Shown one piece after another: positions 40,050-49,253 of a DNA stretch of 64,000 nucleotides. The DNA lies in NCBI GenBank assembly GCA_016183305.1, contig JACPEW010000011.1, positions 2,020-66,019 on the forward strand, in the 5' to 3' direction. The DNA is from Candidatus Daviesbacteria bacterium (lineage in GTDB: Bacteria > Patescibacteriota > Microgenomatia > Daviesbacterales > UBA10151). Made by a program: the position numbers and the translations under genes. How positions within the stretch are numbered: position 1 is the stretch's first letter; every line of letters begins with the position of its first letter. The notes under the pieces were generated by a model. That model saw nothing but the letters and a program-made list of their open reading frames with translations, had not been told where the DNA came from and searched no databases.

Positions 40050-42026
40050 ATGGAATTTAATTTAATTCTTTTGGTTGTAGGATTTATTTTTACTTTTTTT
40101 CTGCCTGGTTTTCTTGTTATAGAAACTTTTTTCTCTGAACTTCTTTTCATACAGAAAATACCGCTTTATTTATTAATTAGTGTTTTAGTTTCAACCTATG
40201 CTGTCTATTTTGTGAGTTTAATATTTGGATTCTCTCAAAGCTCTATCCTTTTTACTATTCTAATCTTTCAACTTTGGTTAGCTATTTTTTTACTAAACAA
40301 GAGATTCAGTATTAAGCAATTTTATTTTCTGCTGTTTAAAAAAAATTTATATTGTCTGAAAGAGCATATGGTTGCTTTATTGACAAGCTGCGCAATCTTT
40401 ACTTTATTCCTAATTGCATTATATCCGGCAATTTTTTCATTTTTTAATAATTACTATGTAATGGCTTCTGTTAATTGGCAAGATACAGCAATGCATCAGT
40501 CGATTATCCAAACTATCTCCCAAGGAAACTTCCCCCCACAAGCACCTTATTTTAGCGGTCAACCTTTAAATTATTACTATTTTATTGATTTTCATACTGC
40601 TATTTTGCAAACTCTTTATGGGGATTTTTTTCCAAGAATTTTAGTTTATGATAATCCATTTTTTGTATTAATGTTTTTTCTATCTATTTATGCTTTAAGT
40701 TATAGTATATTCAAAAATAAATTATCAGCAATAATTGCAGGCTTGCTTGCTGTGTTTATTGGTAATTTTCTATTCATTAGATTTTTTAAGGATATTTATA
40801 TCAATTTAGATAATTCTAATAATTTTATAAATACAATAATAAATCTAGCTGCTATACGGAGTTATACCTTAGATAATGGCCAATTAATGCAGATGGTGCC
40901 AATGGCTGATTATTTTTTGCAGAATCGTCCAATGACGATAGGTTTGCCAACAGTAGCCGTGTTAATTCTGCTACTGGTGAATGGTCATGAAAAAAATAGC
41001 AGGAAATATTTTGTATTATCTAGCTTATTAACAGCAATGCTGTTTAAATTTCAATTATTCGCATTTGGTATTTCAATAATTATTTTTCTATTAAGCTGGT
41101 TTAGCTTTTTGAATGATAATTTTAAAAAAGAAATTAGTAAATTAGTCCGCTTAGTTAGTTTTTTAGCAGCATTTTCTGTACCTGTTTGGTTACTCTTTAG
41201 AAATAATAACTATGTATTAGAAACTTTTTTAAATAATTTTCGTTTAGGGGCTTGGGATAAGACTAAAGATTTTTATTGGTATTTACAATTTCCTTTTGCT
41301 AACTTTGGAGTGCTATTTATTCTATTCTTATTTTTTGTTTTATTGATAACCCTAAAAAAGGTAAATTTAACTGGAGGATTAAAGCTTTTGTTAATTCTAG
41401 GGATTATTTTATCCGTTATCCCTTTTGTTGTTCATTTTACAATTAATGATGGAGATATGCTTAAGTTTTTCTATTTTGCTATGATCCCTTTTTCTATAAT
41501 TTCCGGTTTAATCTTACAAAAGGTTTGGCGTAGTTCATATCTTGGACCCTTATTAGTAATTTTACTAATAGTTATTTCTTCTACTAATAGTTTGTTAACT
41601 TTAGCGTCAAGTTTTTTTAATAAGTATCAAGGGTATTCACAAGCGGATTATCAAGTTGGAATGTGGATCAGAAATAACAGTTTGCCGCAATCAGTTTTTT
41701 TATCCTTGCCTACTGTACATTCTCCAATATCTGATATTGGGGGAAGATTAAGAGTGTTATCTTACACAATGTGGCCTTATTCTCATGGTTTTAATAAGGG
41801 AGTGGATAATGTTTTCAGCAGACAAGCTGATATTGAAGGTATTTATCAATACCCCTCAGATACTGAAAACGTTAAAAGAATATTTAGCAAATATGATATA
41901 AACTATGTTTATTTAGGATCAGAAGAGAAAAATAAATATCCTTTTACTAAACAAATGTTTGACCAGCAGGCTTATCTTAAATTGATTTATGACTTTGCTG
42001 ATGTGCAAATTTATCAAATATTATGA
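40050..42026 (+). CDS. large polytopic membrane protein (658 aa), putative GT-C-like
   Basis: Many TM helices in the N-terminal two-thirds plus a C-terminal soluble domain. Confidence 0.55.
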   Translation: MEFNLILLVVGFIFTFFLPGFLVIETFFSELLFIQKIPLYLLISVLVSTYAVYFVSLIFGFSQSSILFTILIFQLWLAIFLLNKRFSIKQFYFLLFKKNLYCLKEHMVALLTSCAIFTLFLIALYPAIFSFFNNYYVMASVNWQDTAMHQSIIQTISQGNFPPQAPYFSGQPLNYYYFIDFHTAILQTLYGDFFPRILVYDNPFFVLMFFLSIYALSYSIFKNKLSAIIAGLLAVFIGNFLFIRFFKDIYINLDNSNNFINTIINLAAIRSYTLDNGQLMQMVPMADYFLQNRPMTIGLPTVAVLILLLVNGHEKNSRKYFVLSSLLTAMLFKFQLFAFGISIIIFLLSWFSFLNDNFKKEISKLVRLVSFLAAFSVPVWLLFRNNNYVLETFLNNFRLGAWDKTKDFYWYLQFPFANFGVLFILFLFFVLLITLKKVNLTGGLKLLLILGIILSVIPFVVHFTINDGDMLKFFYFAMIPFSIISGLILQKVWRSSYLGPLLVILLIVISSTNSLLTLASSFFNKYQGYSQADYQVGMWIRNNSLPQSVFLSLPTVHSPISDIGGRLRVLSYTMWPYSHGFNKGVDNVFSRQADIEGIYQYPSDTENVKRIFSKYDINYVYLGSEEKNKYPFTKQMFDQQAYLKLIYDFADVQIYQIL

Positions 42027-43177
42027 AAATATTACTTCTTTTTATTACAACACTAGTTATCTATTCAATCTCCGCTTTTGGTAATGATACTCCCTATAAT
42101 TACTTTATTTATTTAGCAGATGCATTTTTACATGGACAACTTTATGTCACAGAAAGCTTTCCTTGGTTAAATGAACTAATAAAATGGCAAGGTCACTTAT
42201 ATGTAGTTTATCCACCTATGCCAGCTATAATTTTGATGCCTTATGTATTTTTGTTAGGAAAAGGAGCTTCTCAAACTCTATCTTCTATTCTCTTAGGATC
42301 TGTTAATAGTGTTTTGGTTTATCTTTTGATTAAAAGATTAAATTATTCTGTAAAAACCGCTATTTTAGTTGCAATATCATTTGCTTTTGGTACAAACCAT
42401 TGGTATTTGTCCAGTGTTGGTTCAGCATGGTTTTTAGCTCATATTACTGCATTGTTTTTTTTGCTTCTTGCTTTGTTAGAAACCTTTGGAAAACAAAGAT
42501 TATTATTAATAGGAATATTGTTAGGGATGAGCTTTTGGGCAAGGACTACTGTAGTTTTTACTATATTCTTTTTTTATGTTTATTTTTTAAATAAGTTTTG
42601 GCCTTTAAACAGGAAAAATCTTTATAACTTTTCAGTTCTTAATTTAGGAATAATATTTTTTGTTTTACTAGACGCAACATATAATTTTTTAAGATTTGGA
42701 AATTTTAGTCCTCTTTCTCCTTATTCTTTAATCCCTGGAATAGCACAAGACCCAATTTTTCAACAAGGTTTCATGAATATAGCATATATCCAAAGACACA
42801 TAGAAGCTCTTTTTCTGAAATTACCGGTTTTTTCCTCCTCTCCTCCTTTTATAATTCCTTCTTTGCATAGCACTGCTATTTGGTTTACAAGTCCAGTGTT
42901 GTTGTATTCGTTAAGGGCAAAAAAATCTTTACTAATGTTAGCTTGTTGGGTAGCTATTATTGTAACGCAATCTGTAATTGCACTATGGGGAGGAGTAGGA
43001 TTTGCCCAATTTGGTTATAGGTTTGCTCAAGACTTTATGCCTTTTGTTCTAATTTTAGTAGCTTCTGGAATAGGACAAAAACCAACAAAATTAGCATATT
43101 TTTTGTTATGTATAAGCATATTAGTAAATTTATGGGGAATAGTGATGGTAAATATGTTTAATAGGTGGACTATCTAA
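42023..43177 (+). CDS. polytopic membrane protein (384 aa), putative glycosyltransferase/polymerase-like
   Basis: Multi-TM; overlapping start/stop with neighbours. Confidence 0.55.
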   Translation: MKILLLFITTLVIYSISAFGNDTPYNYFIYLADAFLHGQLYVTESFPWLNELIKWQGHLYVVYPPMPAIILMPYVFLLGKGASQTLSSILLGSVNSVLVYLLIKRLNYSVKTAILVAISFAFGTNHWYLSSVGSAWFLAHITALFFLLLALLETFGKQRLLLIGILLGMSFWARTTVVFTIFFFYVYFLNKFWPLNRKNLYNFSVLNLGIIFFVLLDATYNFLRFGNFSPLSPYSLIPGIAQDPIFQQGFMNIAYIQRHIEALFLKLPVFSSSPPFIIPSLHSTAIWFTSPVLLYSLRAKKSLLMLACWVAIIVTQSVIALWGGVGFAQFGYRFAQDFMPFVLILVASGIGQKPTKLAYFLLCISILVNLWGIVMVNMFNRWTI

Positions 43178-44922
43178 TGATATTGGCTTTATTTATATTT
43201 TTTATAGCATCTTTAATTTTCACTTCTCCGTTAGCCTTTAATATTGCAAATAGTATTCCCGGTACTGGTGCAGGTGATGGTTTTTTATATTTATGGAATG
43301 TATCTATTTTCTGGCAGGAGTTAATGTCAGGCAACAACCCCTTTTTTACTAAAATGGTTTTATATCCAGTAGGAGCTAATTTACTCTTTCATGATTATTC
43401 TCCTTTAACAAATTTTCTTTTAGGTGCTTTTAAAAATAATTTAGTTTTAGGTATGAATATATTGATTTTAATTGCTTTTACTCTAGCTGGTTTTTTTACT
43501 TTTGTATTAATTAAGGTTATTACCAACAATTATTTATTATCTGTGATTGCTGGTTTGTTTTATAGCTTTAGCCCTATTATGTTTTCATATCTGTTAACTG
43601 AACACTATTATTATCTCTTTGCCGCACCATATCTACCATTAAGTATCTTAACTGCTTTGAAATTCTGGCAGAAATGTGAAATTAAATATTTCCTTCAATT
43701 AATACTAATTTTTTGGCTTGTATTTTTTACATCTTATTATATGTCAATAGTTTATGCTGTAATGCTAGCAACTTTTTTCTTGACGAAGCTTCTATTGATT
43801 AAGTTTTTCAGGAACAAAACAACCTCTCTTCTAAGCGTTTTTAAGGTAATGTTGAGTCTGTTAGTTTATTTTATTATATTACCTATTTTAGTTATTTCCT
43901 TGTTTATTATTAATATAAAAGGGTCCAATGAATATATAGCTCCAGCCGGCTTTGCTGCTAATACCTGCAATGCTGATTTGGCAGGCTATATAATTCCCAA
44001 CCAGGCTGTTCCTCATTTGAGTAGCTTATCTATCAGTCTGTCTGAGATTTTTGGTTATCGGTCAGGAGGGGATACACCGTCTTATTACATAGGACCATTG
44101 TATTTGGTTTTAGCTATGATAGCTTTAGTAAAATATAGGGATAACAGCAATTCAGTAGCTATAAGTATTGTTGGAATAATAATTCTTCTACTTGCCTCAG
44201 GTACTAAGATCCAAGTAGGTAGAAATATTCTATTGGAAGAGATATATACCCCTTTCTATTGGTTTTCTAAATTGCCTTTTATGGGTTTTATAGGTTGTCC
44301 AGTGCGTTTTCCAATAGTTGTTTCATTAGTAGTAATAATTTTGAGCTTTTTTCTTATTAATGATTTTGTCAGAAAATATAAAATACCTAATATAATTATT
44401 TTTTTGCTACTTTGCGGTTTATTTCTTCTTGAGTATGGAATACCAAAAATTCAGCTAACCGCTATTAGCACACCTCAAGTTTATCAAGATATAGCTCGGT
44501 TTTCTGACAAGCTGTCGGTTCTAGAATTACCCTCTGGTCTCACAGAAACTTATGGATATTTTGGTTACGATTATTCCATATTAGGGTTACATGCGATGCA
44601 GATGTATTGGCAAACTATCTATAAAAAGCCTCGGATAGGAGGATTTATTTCAAGAATGCCACAGGGTACTTACAGTTTTTTTAGAGAAGAGCCAGTTATC
44701 TCTGATTTATTTAAAATGACAAACTATAACAATCAGCTAACTAACATTAGGTATAGTAAGCCTGAGGTAGAGAGGTTTATTAAACAGTTTCATCTTGGAT
44801 ATATAATTTTTTCTCCAAACAAAAAGCAACAGGAATATTTACAGGTAACAGAAAATTTATTAGGAGATATACCTTATCAGAAAATGTACAAGGAAGGATT
44901 TATTTTACTCCGTTTTTATTAA
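43165..44922 (+). CDS. large polytopic membrane protein (585 aa), putative GT-C-like
   Basis: Multi-TM N-terminal region plus C-terminal extracytoplasmic domain. Confidence 0.55.
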   Translation: MDYLMILALFIFFIASLIFTSPLAFNIANSIPGTGAGDGFLYLWNVSIFWQELMSGNNPFFTKMVLYPVGANLLFHDYSPLTNFLLGAFKNNLVLGMNILILIAFTLAGFFTFVLIKVITNNYLLSVIAGLFYSFSPIMFSYLLTEHYYYLFAAPYLPLSILTALKFWQKCEIKYFLQLILIFWLVFFTSYYMSIVYAVMLATFFLTKLLLIKFFRNKTTSLLSVFKVMLSLLVYFIILPILVISLFIINIKGSNEYIAPAGFAANTCNADLAGYIIPNQAVPHLSSLSISLSEIFGYRSGGDTPSYYIGPLYLVLAMIALVKYRDNSNSVAISIVGIIILLLASGTKIQVGRNILLEEIYTPFYWFSKLPFMGFIGCPVRFPIVVSLVVIILSFFLINDFVRKYKIPNIIIFLLLCGLFLLEYGIPKIQLTAISTPQVYQDIARFSDKLSVLELPSGLTETYGYFGYDYSILGLHAMQMYWQTIYKKPRIGGFISRMPQGTYSFFREEPVISDLFKMTNYNNQLTNIRYSKPEVERFIKQFHLGYIIFSPNKKQQEYLQVTENLLGDIPYQKMYKEGFILLRFY

Positions 44923-44924
44923 GG

Positions 44925-45938
44925 ATGAATAAGATATTAGTTATTTTAGGTCCGACTTCAACAGGTAAAACTGATTTAGCTCTTAAATTGGCTCAAAAAC
45001 TGGGAGGAGAGCTGGTATCAGTTGATTCAAGGCAGGTTTATAAGAATTTAGATATTGGGACTGGTAAATTACCAGTTCAATTGAAAATTGAGAATTGTAA
45101 ATTGAAAATTAAAAAGGGTGATGGATGGTGGAAAATTAATGGAGGAAAAATATGGATGTACGATGTAGTTGAAGCAAAAAAGCAGTACACAGTTTTTAAT
45201 TATGTTAAAGATGCTTCTAAGCTCATAGATGATATTTTACAAAGAGGAAAGTTGCCAATTTTAGCAGGAGGGACTGGATTTTATCTTAAAGCTTTGTTGG
45301 AGGGTTTGCCTAATTTGGCAGTTCCTCAAGATCTAAAACTAAGGGAAAAATTAGAAAAATTATCTTTAGAGCAGTTGCAAAAAAGACTTCAAGAATTATC
45401 TCTGAAAAAATGGGAAAGCATGAATCATTCCGATAGACAAAATTCAAGAAGGTTGGTTAGGGCTATAGAGTTAGTAATTTTGTCATTGCGAGGAGTGAAA
45501 CGACGAAGCAATCTTCCCATTCCGTTGAAGATCGCCACGCTAATCGCCCGCGATGACAATGTACTTAAGATTGGGCTGACTGCACCTAGGGAAATCCTAT
45601 ATCAAAGGATAGATGAAAGGGTGATTAGCAGAATAAATCAAGGGATGATTGAAGAGGCAGATAAATTACATAAAGAAGGTTTAAGTTTTGAGAGAATGAA
45701 ACAATTAGGTCTAGAGTATGGAGTTCTAGCAGATTACCTTATGGGTCAAATTGCTAGTAAAGACCAACTGATAAAAATTCTCCAGGATAAAATCCATGGT
45801 TTTGCCCGCAGGCAAATTACCTGGTTTAAGAAAGAAAAAGAGATGAAGTGGTTTGATATTGCCGGTTCACATTATCTTCACAAAGTAGAAGAATTAGTAA
45901 GCGAATGGTATGATAGTGGGTATGACACGGAAGATTGA
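44925..45938 (+). CDS. miaA: tRNA dimethylallyltransferase with two in-frame insertions
   Basis: P-loop GPTSTGKT, DSRQVYK, PILAGGTGFY, RRLVRAIEL motifs. Insertions at LKIENCKLKIKKGDGWW (AT-rich motif shared with the fusA upstream region) and at ILSLRGVKRRSNLPIPLKIATLIARDD (palindromic repeat). Confidence 0.85.
   Translation: MNKILVILGPTSTGKTDLALKLAQKLGGELVSVDSRQVYKNLDIGTGKLPVQLKIENCKLKIKKGDGWWKINGGKIWMYDVVEAKKQYTVFNYVKDASKLIDDILQRGKLPILAGGTGFYLKALLEGLPNLAVPQDLKLREKLEKLSLEQLQKRLQELSLKKWESMNHSDRQNSRRLVRAIELVILSLRGVKRRSNLPIPLKIATLIARDDNVLKIGLTAPREILYQRIDERVISRINQGMIEEADKLHKEGLSFERMKQLGLEYGVLADYLMGQIASKDQLIKILQDKIHGFARRQITWFKKEKEMKWFDIAGSHYLHKVEELVSEWYDSGYDTED
45476..45562. repeat. GC-rich palindromic MITE/REP-like element copy 1 (in-frame inside miaA)
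   Basis: Termini TGTCATTGCGAG ... GCGATGACAA (imperfect inverted repeat), internal hairpin ATCTTC..GAAGAT. Second copy at 62216-62296. Confidence 0.6.
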
Positions 45939-46890
45939 TATTTCTCATAGAACAGTTATTTTTATTGCAGTTTTTATACTGGGCATCTGGTTGATTTATT
46001 TAATATTAGACCTTTTAATAATTTTATTCGTGGCGTTAATCCTGATGTCTGCGCTTTTTCCTATAGTTAATTTTTTGCATAGGTTTAGAGTTCCTAAATC
46101 TCTGGGAATTGCTCTTACCTATACTATCGTAATAGCTATTGTCTCAACGCTCTTGGCCATTGTGGTACCTCCTCTAGTAGAAGAAACCAGAAGGCTTGTC
46201 TTAACGGTTCCTCCTCACTTGGATTCTTTGCTGGAAATTACAACAATTGATAAATCAGTTCTGCAATCACAGCTCTCTGATTTATCAAAAAACATTTTCT
46301 CAATTACTTTATCAGTATTCGATAACCTGTTAACAATAATTTTCTTATTGGTAGTAACGTTTTATCTTATGCTGGAAAGGGAGAATGTGGAGAGTAAATT
46401 TGCCTCTCTTTTTATTGGCAGAGAGGAACGGGTTAAAAAGTTAATAGTACAGATAGAAGAGAAATTAGGAAACTGGTTAAGAGGACAATTGTTACTTAGT
46501 TTAGTAATAGGAAGTTTAACCTACATAGGACTACTTATTTTAGGAGTTCCTTATGCTTTGCCTTTGGCAGTGGTGGCAGGTATTTTGGAAGTTGTGCCGG
46601 TGATTGGACCAATTATTTCAGCAATTCCTGCTGTTTTAATAACCTTAACTATTTCTCCTGTTTTAAGTTTAGGAGTGACTGCAATGTATTTTATTATCCA
46701 GCAACTGGAAAATAATCTGATTGTGCCTCAGGTAATGAAACGGGCAGTGGGCTTGAATCCTTTAGCAGTAATTTTAGCTATAGCTATAGGGTCTAGATTA
46801 TTAGGCATAGTAGGTGCTCTATTAGCTGTTCCCTTAACAGTAGTTCTTCAAATTATAGTAACAGAAATTCTTGAAGAGAATAAGTTTTAA
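45922..46890 (+). CDS. AI-2E family transporter (PerM/YhhT-like)
   Basis: Eight TM helices; conserved C-terminal region LAVVAGILEVVPVIGPIISAIPAVLITL. Confidence 0.8.
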   Translation: MTRKIDISHRTVIFIAVFILGIWLIYLILDLLIILFVALILMSALFPIVNFLHRFRVPKSLGIALTYTIVIAIVSTLLAIVVPPLVEETRRLVLTVPPHLDSLLEITTIDKSVLQSQLSDLSKNIFSITLSVFDNLLTIIFLLVVTFYLMLERENVESKFASLFIGREERVKKLIVQIEEKLGNWLRGQLLLSLVIGSLTYIGLLILGVPYALPLAVVAGILEVVPVIGPIISAIPAVLITLTISPVLSLGVTAMYFIIQQLENNLIVPQVMKRAVGLNPLAVILAIAIGSRLLGIVGALLAVPLTVVLQIIVTEILEENKF

Positions 46891-46901
46891 TTGTATAATA
46901 T
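46891..46901 (+). promoter_or_regulatory. extended -10 promoter (TTGTATAAT) for the downstream RNA
   Basis: TGnTATAAT motif about 6 nt upstream of the predicted RNA 5' end. Confidence 0.4.
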
Positions 46902-46904
46902 ACC

Positions 46905-47108
46905 TGCTTAGGAAGAAGGATGATTGACCTGTACTATTACGGTATGGGTAGGAAAGTCCAGACAGCGCAAAGCAGGATGTCCGACGTGGCAATCCTCTCC
47001 GCTGCAATCCTAGAACCAACAGAGTGACTTGCTCAATTGTTGAAATAAGGAGCATTAGATAAATAATCGTCTAAAAACAGAATCTGGCTTACTATCTTCC
47101 TAGGCACT
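46905..47108 (+). ncRNA. rnpB: candidate RNase P RNA, strongly miniaturised (~205 nt)
   Basis: Universally conserved J3/4-P4 AGGAAAGUCC (46950-46959) and ACAGAAUCUGGCUUA (47077-47091), with complementary P4 strands. P1 CUUAGGAAG/CUUCCUAGG pairs the ends. P2 GAUGAUU/AAUCGUC. Small P3 hairpin. Only ~105 nt between the P4 strands. Confidence 0.45.
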
Positions 47109-47137
47109 TTTTTACCCCCCCATAGTATACTCAATAT

Positions 47138-48670
47138 ATGCTTGCAAAAATCATCTCTGCCGCAAATATCGGCCTTGATGCAAAAATAATTACTTGTGAG
47201 GTAGATATTTCTGCCCAAGGTTTACCTAGCTTTACCATAGTTGGGTTGGGAGATAGAGCTATTGAAGAAAGTAAAGAAAGAGTGCGGACTGCATTTAGAA
47301 ATTCCGGCGCTAATTTCCCTTTACATAGGATTACTGTAAATCTTGCGCCTGCTGATATTCCCAAAGAAGGACCAAGTTTTGATTTACCGATTGCCTTAGG
47401 TTTACTTTTAGCCTCTGGGCAAATTACCAATAACCCGTCAATATTAAACCTCACAGATGCTTTGGTAGTGGGAGAACTTTCTTTAGATGGAACTTTAAGA
47501 AGGGTTAACGGGATATTGCCTTTGGCAATTTTGGCCCGGGAACAAGGAATAAAAAAGATTATCGTGCCAAAGGAAAATGGTCCTGAGGCAGCAGTAATAG
47601 AAGGCTCAGAAGTATTTGCTGTAAATTCATTCCAACAATTAATAAAGCTATTGTTGGGGCAAGAAGAGCTAAATCCAATTCAAAAGCCAGAATTTACTTT
47701 AGATGAAGAAACTGTAAACTCAGAGTATGATTTTTCTCAGATCAGAGGACAAGAACAAGCTAAAAGAGCTTTAGAAATATCAGCCGCAGGTTCACATAAC
47801 ATCCTACTAAAAGGTTCTCCCGGAGCAGGTAAAACAATGCTTGCCAGAAGCTTTTCTTCAATTCTGCCGCCACTGACTTTTGAAGAAGCAATTGAAGTAA
47901 CAAAAATATATTCAATCGCCGGGTTATTAGATACTGATAAATCACTGATTGTTAGCCGTCCATTCCGTTCTCCTCACCACAGTGCTTCTTATGTAGGATT
48001 GCTTGGTGGTGGAAATAATATTAGGCCTGGTGAAATCTCGCTGGCTCACAGAGGAGTTTTATTCTTGGATGAGGTAGCAGAATTTCCCCGCCAAAGTTTA
48101 GAAAGTTTAAGGCAACCCTTAGAAGACCGCAAAATTACAATTTCCCGTTCGTCAGGCTCAATAAGCTTGCCAGCGCAATTTATTTTATTGGCAGCTCAAA
48201 ACCCCTGTCCTTGTGGTTTTCTTGGTGATAAGAAAAGAAATTGCAGTTGTATGCCAGGACAAATTGCCAAATATAAACGAAGAATTTCAGGTCCTTTTTT
48301 AGATAGAATAGATATTTATTTGGAAGTCCCTGCTGTGGAGGTTGATAAGTTATCTTCAGACTTAAAAGTAGAAAGTTCTGCTGATATTAGAAAAAGAATT
48401 ATTAAGGCAAGAAAGATTCAATTGCAAAGGTTTAAGGGAAAGATTTTTACTAATTCGGAAATGAGTAGTAGTGATATTAAAGAATACTGTGTACTTATGC
48501 AAGATGGTTTAGAACTATTAAAGATGGCAGTCTCATCCCTTAACCTGTCAGCTAGAGGTTATCACCGGGTGCTAAAACTTTCCAGGACTATTGCTGATTT
48601 GGCAGCATCAGAAAATATTCAGGCAGAACATATTGCAGAAGCTTTACAGTATAGAACAAGGGAAGAATAG
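47138..48670 (+). CDS. comM: YifB/ComM family Mg-chelatase-like AAA+ ATPase
   Basis: N-terminal Lon-like domain, Walker A GSPGAGKT, ChlI-type core, C-terminal domain. Confidence 0.88.
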   Translation: MLAKIISAANIGLDAKIITCEVDISAQGLPSFTIVGLGDRAIEESKERVRTAFRNSGANFPLHRITVNLAPADIPKEGPSFDLPIALGLLLASGQITNNPSILNLTDALVVGELSLDGTLRRVNGILPLAILAREQGIKKIIVPKENGPEAAVIEGSEVFAVNSFQQLIKLLLGQEELNPIQKPEFTLDEETVNSEYDFSQIRGQEQAKRALEISAAGSHNILLKGSPGAGKTMLARSFSSILPPLTFEEAIEVTKIYSIAGLLDTDKSLIVSRPFRSPHHSASYVGLLGGGNNIRPGEISLAHRGVLFLDEVAEFPRQSLESLRQPLEDRKITISRSSGSISLPAQFILLAAQNPCPCGFLGDKKRNCSCMPGQIAKYKRRISGPFLDRIDIYLEVPAVEVDKLSSDLKVESSADIRKRIIKARKIQLQRFKGKIFTNSEMSSSDIKEYCVLMQDGLELLKMAVSSLNLSARGYHRVLKLSRTIADLAASENIQAEHIAEALQYRTREE

Positions 48671-48774
48671 ACAGTTTGCCACGGAAACCCCGCTTCATCC
48701 TGCACCATCTGGTGCAGGACTACGGGGGATCTTCCGGAATGATGAATCCACAGTTAGACCGGGAACATCAATTT

Positions 48775-48912
48775 TTAACCGCCGATTTTGAACATAGAGG
48801 TACCACAGACTGGGCAAGTTCCTTTTGAAGCCTTTTTACCATTTTTCATAGTTACCTCTTGTACATTTTCTGCGTCTCTTTTTGTTCGACATTTAACACA
48901 GTACATTTGCAT
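48775..48912 (-). CDS. small zinc-ribbon protein (45 aa; CxxC...CxxC)
   Basis: MQMYCVKCRTKRDAENVQEVTMKNGKKASKGTCPVCGTSMFKIGG. Strong SD AAGGAGGTGA 9 nt upstream. Not in the ORF track (<60 aa). Confidence 0.6.
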   Translation of the reverse strand: MQMYCVKCRTKRDAENVQEVTMKNGKKASKGTCPVCGTSMFKIGG

Positions 48913-48932
48913 AAATTAGTGTCACCTCCTTC

Positions 48933-49181
48933 CTAAAAGAAATTTAGATTCAAAATATGGTTTTGCGAAAGTACGAATAATACAAGCTGAGCGCCTATAG
49001 CCAGTGATGATAATATTAATATCTTGAGTAAATCTTGATAAAAATAGGCTAAATCAGTTGTTTCGTTTGTTTGACGAGAAGATGAATAACTGATTTGTTG
49101 ATCCTTGCCGTAAACCTGGCGGCGGATTATTTGCAAGCGTTTTTCTAAATCTGTAACCATACGCTCAATTGAGCCTAGCAT
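48933..49181 (-). CDS. hypothetical small protein with C-terminal hydrophobic segment
   Basis: ORF only. Confidence 0.25.
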   Translation of the reverse strand: MLGSIERMVTDLEKRLQIIRRQVYGKDQQISYSSSRQTNETTDLAYFYQDLLKILILSSLAIGAQLVLFVLSQNHILNLNFF

Positions 49182-49210
49182 GAAGCAGTAAGCGTGTCAA
49201 GCAGCAATAG

Positions 49211-49240
49211 TTGACAAGACTTATCTTTATCAAGTATATT
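49211..49240 (+). promoter_or_regulatory. sigma70-type promoter TTGACA-N18-TATATT, 13 nt upstream of the DUF4446 start
   Basis: Consensus -35 and near-consensus -10. Confidence 0.5.
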
Positions 49241-49253
49241 GAAAGAGTAACTT

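Noticed and set aside
42400-42594. Alternative-frame ORF inside membrane protein gene
   Set aside because: It overlaps a well-supported CDS in another frame.
47131-47454. 107-aa minus-strand ORF overlapping the comM start
   Set aside because: It is antisense to the conserved comM N-terminus with no RBS.
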